From assembly GCF_017934625.1 (NCBI RefSeq), contig NZ_JAGBJE010000118.1: DNA of 61,987 nucleotides; one strand, written 5' to 3'. Positions 13,353 to 21,814 of this stretch are shown here, piece after piece (position 1 is the stretch's first letter; the number at the start of each line of letters is the position of its first letter). The translations under genes and the position numbers were made by a program. Under the pieces are notes generated by a model. It was not told where the DNA came from, made no database searches, and saw nothing but the letters and a program-made list of their open reading frames with translations. The stretch is from Pseudobutyrivibrio sp. (GTDB lineage Bacteria > Bacillota > Clostridia > Lachnospirales > Lachnospiraceae).

Positions 13353-13447
13353 TAGTCCGCCTGTTACGCCTACAAACATACATATACTACGCTCAGCTTA
13401 GAATGCTTCGCTTAAGTATATATATGTTTGTAGACTACAGGCTACTA
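13353..13447 (-). repeat. Long imperfect inverted repeat in the prfC leader region
   Basis: CTACAAACATAcATATACT (13370-13388) pairs with AGTATATaTATGTTTGTAG (13415-13433), extended by CCTGT/ACAGG and TAGT/ACTA. Small apical stem AGC/GCT. Confidence 0.75.
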
Positions 13448-13509
13448 ATAAATATACGTTTTGAGATGAGAAAAATCACTCAACTCCACGAAAGATTGTA
13501 CGTAAACCG

Positions 13510-13544
13510 AAAAATAGCCTGTACCAACATCAACTGGTACAGGC
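13510..13544 (-). terminator. Intrinsic terminator of rpsU
   Basis: GCCTGTACCA-N8-TGGTACAGGC followed by TATTTTT on the minus strand. Confidence 0.8.
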
Positions 13545-13572
13545 CATGATTTCATAAATTCTCGAACGTAAA

Positions 13573-13746
13573 TTAGAACTTACGCTTTCTAGCAGCCTCA
13601 GACTTCTTCTTACGCTTTACTGAAGGCTTCTCATAGTGCTCACGCTTACGAATCTCCTGCTGGATACCAGCCTTAGCACAGTTTCTCTTAAATCTACGAA
13701 GAGCGCTGTCTAATGATTCGTTTTCTTTAACTGTAACATATGACAT
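13573..13746 (-). CDS. rpsU: 30S ribosomal protein S21 (not in the ORF track)
   Basis: Hand translation: [57 protein letters not shown], 57 aa; GGAGG RBS. Confidence 0.98.
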   Translation of the reverse strand: MSYVTVKENESLDSALRRFKRNCAKAGIQQEIRKREHYEKPSVKRKKKSEAARKRKF

Positions 13747-13825
13747 AGTCTAATCCTAACCTCCCTCCATCTGGGGACTTGTACTTAATATATTCTAAAG
13801 CACTAACAAGCATTATAGCATAAAA

Positions 13826-14818
13826 TCAATATTCGTCAACTATTATTTGAAGATTTTCATTATTTACAGCATCAATAATTCCATTTGCTATGTATTCCAT
13901 GGTCTTATCATTTGGATGAATTGCCACAGCACTGTCATTAACCTTATGAGTCCTGCCGTCACTTCCTGTAACCTTTGCACCAATATAGGAAATGTAGCTT
14001 GAATTATTTCTAATAGCTGAAAGGTCAACATAATCAAGTCCCAGCTCTTCTGCTACTGACTTTTTTATATTGTCACGACCGGACATACGCCAAAAGTCTC
14101 CGACCAATACCACCTGTGCTGTTGGAACGCTGTTCTTTATATATGAAACTAATGTCTCATAATCTTCTTTAAAATGCTTCATACTCTTGATGTTTTCGCC
14201 AACCTGAATTACCACAAGATCATAATCCTTAGAAAGCGTTGTATCAAGATTTGGTAAAATCTTAGAACGAACATTATTTCTTTCCCATGTAGAAAAACCA
14301 ACTACATCATAATCTACTAAAGGATACATAGTCTGTAATCCTTTTACTGTCTGATGAACGTAATCCTTATCAGCAGAACTTGCAGCCATTCCCCATGCGC
14401 CCCACCAGTAACTACATGCAGGATGAAGTGTAATGGAATTACCAATAAATAAAGCCTTATAAATATCCCCTGTAGGATTTGCCTGAACTAAAGAATCAGT
14501 AGCTGTAACTATCTGAGACTCTTCTACATTATCTGAAACAGTGGGATTGAAAGCTACTGCATTTTCATATGGTGTCCTTCCTTCCCATTTTCCACGGGTT
14601 ACATAGTGCTTAAGCAGTGAATCAAAATCTGTACCATAGATAGCTGCTACGTCAGGATTCATAGCTGCATAGTAATCGGCATCAAACATATATTTAGTTT
14701 GAGGCACGATTATAGCTGCATTAGCTACATTATGACCTGTATTAACACATTCAAAAACAAATACAACTGCAATGAACAATGCTAACCTGTGAAGTATTCT
14801 TCTAGTAACATGTCTCAT
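13826..14818 (-). CDS. Secreted SGNH/GDSL hydrolase with an N-terminal FD.xYY...NPDV...HY...G..EGR repeat module
   Basis: Signal peptide; block I FIGNSIT, block III QVGEN, block V HPND. Confidence 0.85.
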   Translation of the reverse strand: MRHVTRRILHRLALFIAVVFVFECVNTGHNVANAAIIVPQTKYMFDADYYAAMNPDVAAIYGTDFDSLLKHYVTRGKWEGRTPYENAVAFNPTVSDNVEESQIVTATDSLVQANPTGDIYKALFIGNSITLHPACSYWWGAWGMAASSADKDYVHQTVKGLQTMYPLVDYDVVGFSTWERNNVRSKILPNLDTTLSKDYDLVVIQVGENIKSMKHFKEDYETLVSYIKNSVPTAQVVLVGDFWRMSGRDNIKKSVAEELGLDYVDLSAIRNNSSYISYIGAKVTGSDGRTHKVNDSAVAIHPNDKTMEYIANGIIDAVNNENLQIIVDEY

Positions 14819-14879
14819 TTTATGTCCTCCAAATTAAGTGTCAACCCCTATATTATCTAAAAGTGTTGTCTAAAATGTG

Positions 14880-14910
14880 AAAAGAGGCCCATTACCTGAG
14901 CCTCTAAAAA
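14880..14910 (-). terminator. Intrinsic terminator of alaS
   Basis: Minus strand AGAGGCTCA-GGTAA-TGGGCCTCT-TTT. Confidence 0.65.
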
Positions 14911-14924
14911 ACTTATTAAATCAT

Positions 14925-15044
14925 AGATTCTTGAAAAACATCAGTTTTTCGGGAATCGTAAATACCATCAAAATAGATTTATCTATTTTGATGTCCTGCA
15001 AAGCAGGATTCTTGCTGACAATTTCCTTGTTTGTCAGCAAGAAG
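14925..15044. mobile_element. 120-bp four-hairpin insertion (MITE/REP-like) in the last codons of alaS, flanked by TCAT direct repeats
   Basis: Near-abutting inverted repeats at 14926-14957, 14966-14993, 14994-15008 and 15009-15043; TCAT at 14921-14924 and 15045-15048. Removing the insert plus one repeat gives ...GAA GGC ATG ATT TAA TAA. Confidence 0.6.
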
Positions 15045-17691
15045 TCATGCCTTCAAGTACAGCCTTTGCTTCAGCAAGTGCATCTGCAATACCTGCAGGA
15101 TTCTTACCACCTGCCTGAGCCATATTTGGACGGCCACCGCCGCCGCCACCAACCTTAGGTGCAATTGCCTTTACAAGGTTACCAGCATGTGCTCCCTTAG
15201 ACTGAGCCTCATCAGTAACCATAACAACAAGGTTTACCTTTCCATCGCAGTCAGATGCAAGAACGATAACGCCCTCACCAAGCTTGCCCTTAAGGTCATC
15301 ACCAAGATCACGGAGTCCATTCATATCAACACCTGCTACAGATGTAGCAAGAAGCTTGACACCCTTAACCTCAACTACTGAATCCATAACATCACCAACT
15401 GCTGCCTGAGCTGCCTTAGCCTTCATAGACTCAAGCTCAGAATTAGCTTCCTTAAGCTGCTTCTGTAGATGAGCAATCTTCTCTTCTACATCTGCAGGCT
15501 TACACTTAAGAGCTACAGCTGCAGCATTAAGCTTAGCCTCAATATCAGCATAGTATTCAAATACAGCAGCACCTGTAATAGCTTCGATACGACGTGTACC
15601 AGCAGCCACACCACTTTCTGAAAGAATCTTGAATGCAGAAATCTCTGAAGTGTTACCTACATGTGTACCACCGCAAAGCTCTGTTGAGAAATCTCCCATC
15701 TTAACAACACGTACTGTATCACCATATTTCTCACCAAAAAGAGCCATAGCACCGCTCTTCTTAGCTTCATCAATAGACATAATTGCTGTAGTAACGTCTA
15801 AGCCTTCAGCAATCTTGTCATTAACCATCTTTTCAACCTTTGCGATTTCCTCATCAGTCATAGCAGAGAAATGAGAGAAATCGAAACGTGTTCTATCAGC
15901 ATCCTGATAAGAGCCCTTCTGCTCTACATGTGTACCAAGCACCTCTCTAAGAGCCTTCTGAAGAAGGTGAGTAGCTGAGTGATTCTTGCAAATACGAGCA
16001 CGTCTTGCTGCATCAACCTTAAGTGTTACCTTATCTCCTGCCTTAATCATGCCAGATTTCATCTCACCAACGTGGCCAATCTTACCGCCCTTGAGCTTGA
16101 TAGTATCCTTAACTTCAAACTCACCGTTTGGTGTAGAAATGATACCTGTATCACCAATCTGTCCACCCATTGTAGCGTAGAATGGTGTTTCTGGAACTAT
16201 GATTGTACCAACTGTTCCTTCTGTAATAGTATCAACAATTTCTGTTTCTGTAGTAAGAACTGTAACTGTAGATTCTGATGTAGTCTTGTCATAGCCTACA
16301 AACTCAGATGTAACAGTCAAATCAATATCATCATAAACAGATGCATCAGCACCCATATAGTTTGTCTCTTTACGAGCAGCACGAGCTGTCTGTCTCTGCT
16401 TTTCCATGCATGCTTCAAAGCCAGCAGCGTCATATCCAAATCCCTTTTCCTCAAGGATTTCAGCTGTAAGATCTACAGGGAATCCGTAAGTATCGTAAAG
16501 CTTAAATGTGTTCTCACCTGAAAGCTCCTTAGCTCCAGATGCCTTAAGCTCCTCTTCCATCTTAGCAAGAATCTCAAGACCCTTGTCGATAGTCTTATTG
16601 AACTGCTCTTCCTCAGCTGTGAGAGTCTTGAAGATGAATTCTCTCTTCTCCCAAAGCTCTGGATAGCCATCCTTACATTCATTAATAACTGTCTCTGATA
16701 GCTTAGCCATGAAAAGTCCATCAATGCCAAGGGAACGTCCATGCTTAGCAGCACGTCTGATAAGACGGCGAAGAACGTATCCTCTACCCTCGTTTGAAGG
16801 TGTAACACCATCAGAAATAAGGAATGTAGATGAACGAATATGATCAGTGATAAGACGAATTGAAACATCATCAAGTGCATCTACCTGATACTTCTTGCCT
16901 GACATCTCGCAAATCTTATCACGAATAGCCTTCATTGTATCAATATCGAATACTGAATCAACATCCTGCATAACAACAGCAAGACGCTCAAGACCCATAC
17001 CTGTATCGATGTTCTTCTGAGCAAGCTCTTCATAACCGCCGTGGCCATCACCATTGAACTGTGTAAATACGTTGTTCCAAACCTCCATGTAACGGTCGCA
17101 ATCGCAACCAACCTTACAATCTGGCTTACCACAGCCGTATTTTTCTCCACGATCATAATAAATCTCAGAACAAGGACCGCAAGGACCAGCACCATGCTCC
17201 CAGAAGTTATCACACTCACCAGTTTCAGGATCACGGTAGAAACGAGTGATGCGCTCTGGAGCTACACCTACTTCCTTAGTCCAGATTTCAAAGGCTTCTT
17301 CATCCTCTCCGTAGATAGATGGATATAGACGATTAGGATCAAGCTTAAGCACTTCTGTTAAAAATTCCCAAGACCAAGCAATAGCTTCGTGCTTGAAATA
17401 ATCTCCAAAAGAGAAGTTACCAAGCATCTCAAAGAAAGTAAGATGACGAGCTGTCTTTCCTACATTATCAATATCTCCTGTTCTAACACATTTTTGACAT
17501 GTAGTAACGCGTCTCCTTGGTGGAATCTCCTGACCCGTAAAATATGGCTTAAGTGGTGCCATACCAGCGTTGATAAGAAGTAAGCTGTTATCATTCTGTG
17601 GTACAAGAGAAAAGCTGTTGAGGCAAAGATGACCTTTGCTCTCAAAGAATTCCAAGTAGGCGCGTCGTAAATCATTAACACCGTTATTCAA
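15034..17691 (-). CDS. alaS: Alanine--tRNA ligase
   Basis: NAGMAPLKPYF, TFFEMLGNFSFGDYFK, DTGMGLERL, editing motifs HSATH and ELCGGTH, C-terminal GGGGGG. TTG start at 17691 after GGAGG. Confidence 0.98.
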   Translation of the reverse strand: MNNGVNDLRRAYLEFFESKGHLCLNSFSLVPQNDNSLLLINAGMAPLKPYFTGQEIPPRRRVTTCQKCVRTGDIDNVGKTARHLTFFEMLGNFSFGDYFKHEAIAWSWEFLTEVLKLDPNRLYPSIYGEDEEAFEIWTKEVGVAPERITRFYRDPETGECDNFWEHGAGPCGPCSEIYYDRGEKYGCGKPDCKVGCDCDRYMEVWNNVFTQFNGDGHGGYEELAQKNIDTGMGLERLAVVMQDVDSVFDIDTMKAIRDKICEMSGKKYQVDALDDVSIRLITDHIRSSTFLISDGVTPSNEGRGYVLRRLIRRAAKHGRSLGIDGLFMAKLSETVINECKDGYPELWEKREFIFKTLTAEEEQFNKTIDKGLEILAKMEEELKASGAKELSGENTFKLYDTYGFPVDLTAEILEEKGFGYDAAGFEACMEKQRQTARAARKETNYMGADASVYDDIDLTVTSEFVGYDKTTSESTVTVLTTETEIVDTITEGTVGTIIVPETPFYATMGGQIGDTGIISTPNGEFEVKDTIKLKGGKIGHVGEMKSGMIKAGDKVTLKVDAARRARICKNHSATHLLQKALREVLGTHVEQKGSYQDADRTRFDFSHFSAMTDEEIAKVEKMVNDKIAEGLDVTTAIMSIDEAKKSGAMALFGEKYGDTVRVVKMGDFSTELCGGTHVGNTSEISAFKILSESGVAAGTRRIEAITGAAVFEYYADIEAKLNAAAVALKCKPADVEEKIAHLQKQLKEANSELESMKAKAAQAAVGDVMDSVVEVKGVKLLATSVAGVDMNGLRDLGDDLKGKLGEGVIVLASDCDGKVNLVVMVTDEAQSKGAHAGNLVKAIAPKVGGGGGGRPNMAQAGGKNPAGIADALAEAKAVLEGMTSC

Positions 17692-17710
17692 AACAATAGT
17701 CCTCCAAAAA

Positions 17711-17872
17711 TTATTCCTGTTCAGAAGGCTCACTATTTATTTCAGTAATGCCCTTCTTTCTGTCGCTAGACTGGCGAAGTTTGATTCCTATGAAACCTCC
17801 GCATAAGCCTAAAACAACTAGTATGATCATTTTAATTAGATAACTTGCAAAACTAGATAAAAATGCAGACAT
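17711..17872 (-). CDS. Small single-pass membrane protein (53 aa) directly upstream of alaS (not in the ORF track)
   Basis: AGGAGG RBS then MSAFLSSFASYLIKMIILVVLGLCGGFIGIKLRQSSDRKKGITEINSEPSEQE. Confidence 0.75.
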   Translation of the reverse strand: MSAFLSSFASYLIKMIILVVLGLCGGFIGIKLRQSSDRKKGITEINSEPSEQE

Positions 17873-17970
17873 GGCAATTCCTCCTATATTACAAAATTTT
17901 TAACCAATTAAATCTTATTACATACTTGAATAAATTATAATCCAAAGCACTTTTAAATTCCACAGGTATT

Positions 17971-18885
17971 TCAGAAAATTAATAATAAAATCACCAAAAT
18001 TACCTGAATAAGTATAAAAACATGCCTGGTAAGTCTAACTGCCCTTCTAATATCAGATGCCTTCGGAATTCTGTCGGCATCCCCAACCGTCCCTTCCTTA
18101 AGCTGGATTTGCAATGCTCCAGCAAAAGCTGAAACAGCTTTATATCTGTCACGAAGATTTATGTACTTCCCATTTCTTCCATCTAAATCGCAGGTGATAT
18201 GTCTGGCGCAAAAAACTGATAATGCCCCACTAACCTTTCCTGGAATATAATCCACAATTCTAAAAAGAGTAGCCGCTGGACATCCGAAATGATTGTATCT
18301 GGAATTTCTATAACCAATCTCACCATCTATTATGTCGATGGTACGATATATAAATCCACCAACAGGCCCAAACAAAAACATTACGACAAGTGGAGAAATT
18401 ACAGCATCTGAGGCTTCATTAGCAACGTATGTGATAACCTCTTCGGTAACTTTTGCTTCATCATTTCCGATGCTTTCCTTACTAAAAATCAACTGATAGG
18501 CATTTTTCATTGCATCTATGCCATCTGAATAAAACTCATTCATTACACTTATCGCACCTGTAAGCAGATATTTACAATCCACACAAAGATAGGTTGCAAA
18601 GGCTTCAAATAATACACCTACAGGGATGGCAATATCATAGCAAAGCATTGTAAAAAATGTGATAACTGCAAATACTGGAAGTATTACAATTGCTATCAAC
18701 CAGATTCCAAGGCTTTTTTGTTTAGATGGTTCAAGAAGAATGATTTCATCGCCCAATAGTGCCCTGTCCAAATATTTAACGAACCCTCTTATTGAATCAA
18801 AAGGATTCCATATACTATATATTTTCCCAAAAACAAAATCTAAAATTGTACCAAGTAAAAGTGCCAATATATGATACTTAAACAT
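17971..18885 (-). CDS. CobD/CbiB-family membrane protein (divergent)
   Basis: LD.vFG N-terminus, ANEASDAVISPL, DGEIGYRNSRYNHFG and AGALQIQL motifs. Confidence 0.75.
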   Translation of the reverse strand: MFKYHILALLLGTILDFVFGKIYSIWNPFDSIRGFVKYLDRALLGDEIILLEPSKQKSLGIWLIAIVILPVFAVITFFTMLCYDIAIPVGVLFEAFATYLCVDCKYLLTGAISVMNEFYSDGIDAMKNAYQLIFSKESIGNDEAKVTEEVITYVANEASDAVISPLVVMFLFGPVGGFIYRTIDIIDGEIGYRNSRYNHFGCPAATLFRIVDYIPGKVSGALSVFCARHITCDLDGRNGKYINLRDRYKAVSAFAGALQIQLKEGTVGDADRIPKASDIRRAVRLTRHVFILIQVILVILLLIF

Positions 18886-18902
18886 TATTCATCCCCACTA
18901 AG

Positions 18903-19739
18903 TTATTTATTGCGTTTGTGATAAAACTGCAGCTGTTGAACATATCCTTGGAAACCGCTGTAATTTTCATTAATATATTCAAGGTAATCATTCTTTGAAT
19001 AATTACTGTAATCCTCTGCAATTATCTTCTTCATCCACGTATCAATAGGATAGCTTTCCATAAAATGGAAGCCATAAAGCATAATACAATTGGCAACCTT
19101 AGGGCCAATCCCCTTAATCTTAAGAAGACTTTCCATAGCCTTGTCATAAGGCTGCATACTGATTTTTTCAATATCAAGGCTTTCTTCAACCACCTGCTTT
19201 GCTATGCCTATAATATAATCAGCTCTATAGCCCAATGCAGTCCCATCCATTAGCTCAGATTCAGGTATGTATGCCAAAACCTCAGCCTTAGGAAAGTGTA
19301 TTCCATCAGAATATCTATCACAAAGACACTGAATTGATTTCTTTATCTTTGGAATGTTATTGTTTTGAGATATTACATAAGATATAAAAACCTCCCATAA
19401 ATCCTGACGAAGAATCCTCATTCCAAAAGAATCCATAAGGGCTTCTTTTAAAAATTTATCATCTGACTTGCGAATAAGATTATTGTATTTAATATAATCT
19501 GTTTTAAAATCAAAATAATTCTGCCAAAAATCCCACTGATTTTCCTCGCAGGCAAAATCCCATGTATCCTTTTCTTTATTCAAATAAAAATAAACGTCAT
19601 TATCTCCAGAACATGCACTATAGGTATCGGGCATTCCATCTGCCCCCTTAGTCTCCCTCTTCATTCTAAATACTTGTCCTGAGTTCATTATAACTTCAGG
19701 GTTAAATTCCTCTGCTGTAAGCTTTTTGCTAAAAACCAT
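18903..19739 (-). CDS. 8-oxoguanine DNA glycosylase (Ogg/AlkA HhH-GPD family)
   Basis: SGQVFR, GMRILRQDLWE...SQNNNIPKI, LGYRA, KGIGPKVANC and PIDTW motifs. Confidence 0.92.
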   Translation of the reverse strand: MVFSKKLTAEEFNPEVIMNSGQVFRMKRETKGADGMPDTYSACSGDNDVYFYLNKEKDTWDFACEENQWDFWQNYFDFKTDYIKYNNLIRKSDDKFLKEALMDSFGMRILRQDLWEVFISYVISQNNNIPKIKKSIQCLCDRYSDGIHFPKAEVLAYIPESELMDGTALGYRADYIIGIAKQVVEESLDIEKISMQPYDKAMESLLKIKGIGPKVANCIMLYGFHFMESYPIDTWMKKIIAEDYSNYSKNDYLEYINENYSGFQGYVQQLQFYHKRNK

Positions 19740-19740
19740 T

Positions 19741-20469
19741 CTAGTCCTCTATTTCAAATATCATATTTTCTCTATCAATATCTACTATTCTATTCTTAAG
19801 ATTAGCTATATCAGGCCTTGTTTTAAACCTGTCTATCCATTGATACTGCCCCCACATATTCATAGGGAATATGTTATCACAATCGATATGCTTGATGAAA
19901 TAATCCATTCCAAGGAAATACCCATCTTCACCCATTCTTCCATCCATAGGGACAAACCCAATATCGTATTTACGATTTAAAATAGGTTTAAGGTAGCGTC
20001 TGTACTCTCTTCCATATTGCTCGCCGTAAAGCTCTCCACGACCTTCAGCATTCCACCAGTTAAGAGTACCAGCAAAATAGATGTTAATGCCACACACATT
20101 GATGCTAAAAGCCAATCCCACATCATTAGACCTTAGGGTTTCTATTTTCATATCATCTACTTCGTATTTATGAATAGGCTTAACAAACTGAACCCTGTCC
20201 TTTTCCACAATACCCTTATCTAATTTAATATCCTTTGATAGGATATATTTCTTAACATTGGAAATATTAAAAATAGACTTGCTATAATGATCTTTTCTGC
20301 CATTACTTGCAAAGACATAGATAGGCTTATTTATATCAAACTCTGGCAAACAGCCTCTATATTCTACAGACGACGAAAGCTCTTCTCTATCAAAATAATC
20401 GAATAATAAATATCTATCCAAAAGCTCAACAACAAATGAGCTTTGCATTAAATAATATACCTTAACCAT
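19741..20469 (-). CDS. MBL-fold hydrolase-like protein with degenerate metal ligands
   Basis: SSFVVE...LLFDY, FAS....DH, LRSNDVG, AG.LNWW and FP..W layout of clostridial MBL-fold proteins. Confidence 0.7.
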   Translation of the reverse strand: MVKVYYLMQSSFVVELLDRYLLFDYFDREELSSSVEYRGCLPEFDINKPIYVFASNGRKDHYSKSIFNISNVKKYILSKDIKLDKGIVEKDRVQFVKPIHKYEVDDMKIETLRSNDVGLAFSINVCGINIYFAGTLNWWNAEGRGELYGEQYGREYRRYLKPILNRKYDIGFVPMDGRMGEDGYFLGMDYFIKHIDCDNIFPMNMWGQYQWIDRFKTRPDIANLKNRIVDIDRENMIFEIED

Positions 20470-20504
20470 ATTATCCTCCTTAAGGTATTTTAACACACTT
20501 AAAT

Positions 20505-20534
20505 AAAAAGGACATCCACAACCGTGGATGTCCT
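20505..20534 (-). terminator. Intrinsic terminator of the DUF5692-like gene
   Basis: AGGACATCCAC-AACC-GTGGATGTCCT plus a T run on the minus strand. Confidence 0.8.
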
Positions 20535-20549
20535 GAATTTTAAAATTAA

Positions 20550-21662
20550 TTATTTAGCTGCACGAGCAAGTGCCTCTTCATAATCCTTTGTTCCAACGAA
20601 TACTTCGTTTGAATATGGGTTGCCACCAATCTTGATAGCGTTTCTGATGATAACCGCGATGCAAAGACCGTTAATAGCAAGTGCCATCATAGCTACGAAT
20701 CCCTGCATTGTAGGATCAGCTGTGATACCCATTGCTGCGATAGCTTCGTTTGCAGCTGCTGTCTTACCCTGACCTGCATTGTAAAGAGCAATAGCCTTCT
20801 CATAAAGATCCATTGTAGTGATACCAGCCTCTGTAGCTCCACCGTATACGCGAGGAAGAACAGCTGCGAATGTACCCTTTAACTGGAAGAGAGGTACTAC
20901 CTGAGCCCACATACACCAAATTGCAAGTGTGTTTGCACGGTTCTGAATCCATGCACCCTTGTTCCAAAGAGCATTAGCAAATGTAGGAGCAAGAAGAAGT
21001 GCAACACCACAGTACCATGTATGTGTAGGAAGGTTGAGGTATGTGTACTCAAAGTTCCATACATCATAAGCAACGATGAACCAAACTGTCATATCTGGCC
21101 AAAGCATATCTGACTGGTTCTTATCGTTTGATGTGTAAAGGTGAATACAACCTGTCATACAGAAGATGTTAATCATACCTGCGATAGCGTTAACAACGTT
21201 CCACCATCCACCGTAGATGAATACACCTTCGTTAGAGCACCACCAAGCACCTGAAAGGTCACCTGTGATTGAGTAAGCTGCAAGAGCTGACTCCATATCT
21301 GAAACATTAGCAATCATGATGTTAGCTGCTACGATGAACCATGGCCACCAAGCGAACCATTTCTCTTTACCAATGCCCCACTTATACTTAATCATCATAA
21401 AGCCGACGCATCCGATATCTGCTGCGTAAAGCTTGAAGTAGTGGAACCAACCATCCATATATGCAACAGTTGGATTTGCAGCACCGCCGAATAAACCAAC
21501 GTGTGCTAAGATGAAATAAACTGTAAGAATACATGGGATGATAACAAAGATAATCATACCACCGACCTTTGTACGACGGCCGAGTTCATTCATGATAATC
21601 AATCCAGCAAATACAAGGCACCAGCCAAGAATCTGCCAAAGATTAGTGATTTGGAAAAACAT
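20550..21662 (-). CDS. Polytopic membrane protein, DUF5692-like
   Basis: NE..RR.K.GG, WFHY.KLYA, MLWPDMT.WFI.AYD.WNF.Y.Y and GAWIQNRANTL motifs recalled for this family. Start set at MFFQ after GGAGG. Confidence 0.75.
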   Translation of the reverse strand: MFFQITNLWQILGWCLVFAGLIIMNELGRRTKVGGMIIFVIIPCILTVYFILAHVGLFGGAANPTVAYMDGWFHYFKLYAADIGCVGFMMIKYKWGIGKEKWFAWWPWFIVAANIMIANVSDMESALAAYSITGDLSGAWWCSNEGVFIYGGWWNVVNAIAGMINIFCMTGCIHLYTSNDKNQSDMLWPDMTVWFIVAYDVWNFEYTYLNLPTHTWYCGVALLLAPTFANALWNKGAWIQNRANTLAIWCMWAQVVPLFQLKGTFAAVLPRVYGGATEAGITTMDLYEKAIALYNAGQGKTAAANEAIAAMGITADPTMQGFVAMMALAINGLCIAVIIRNAIKIGGNPYSNEVFVGTKDYEEALARAAK

Positions 21663-21701
21663 ATCCAAGCCTCCTTATTAATTATTTACATTCTATATAG
21701 A

Positions 21702-21728
21702 GAAACTACATTCCCTATCCTCAGTTTT
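21702..21728. promoter_or_regulatory. Candidate operator upstream of the DUF5692-like gene
   Basis: GAAACT-N15-AGTTTT; same AAAC-N17-GTTT spacing as the two sites upstream of the TetR gene. Confidence 0.5.
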
Positions 21729-21814
21729 TATTATACCTATATGTGAATAAAATAACAATATATTACTTTACAAAAATTTAATACATTTTTTATATTTTGT
21801 ATTAATGCTACACC

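Noticed and set aside
14877-15381. Plus-strand ORFs 14877-15158 and 15031-15381 as a transposase for the alaS insert
   Set aside because: Mostly antisense to alaS, with no DDE or HUH motifs.
17692-17960. T-box leader for alaS
   Set aside because: No GGTGGNACCGCG box or terminator; the region is occupied by a small ORF.
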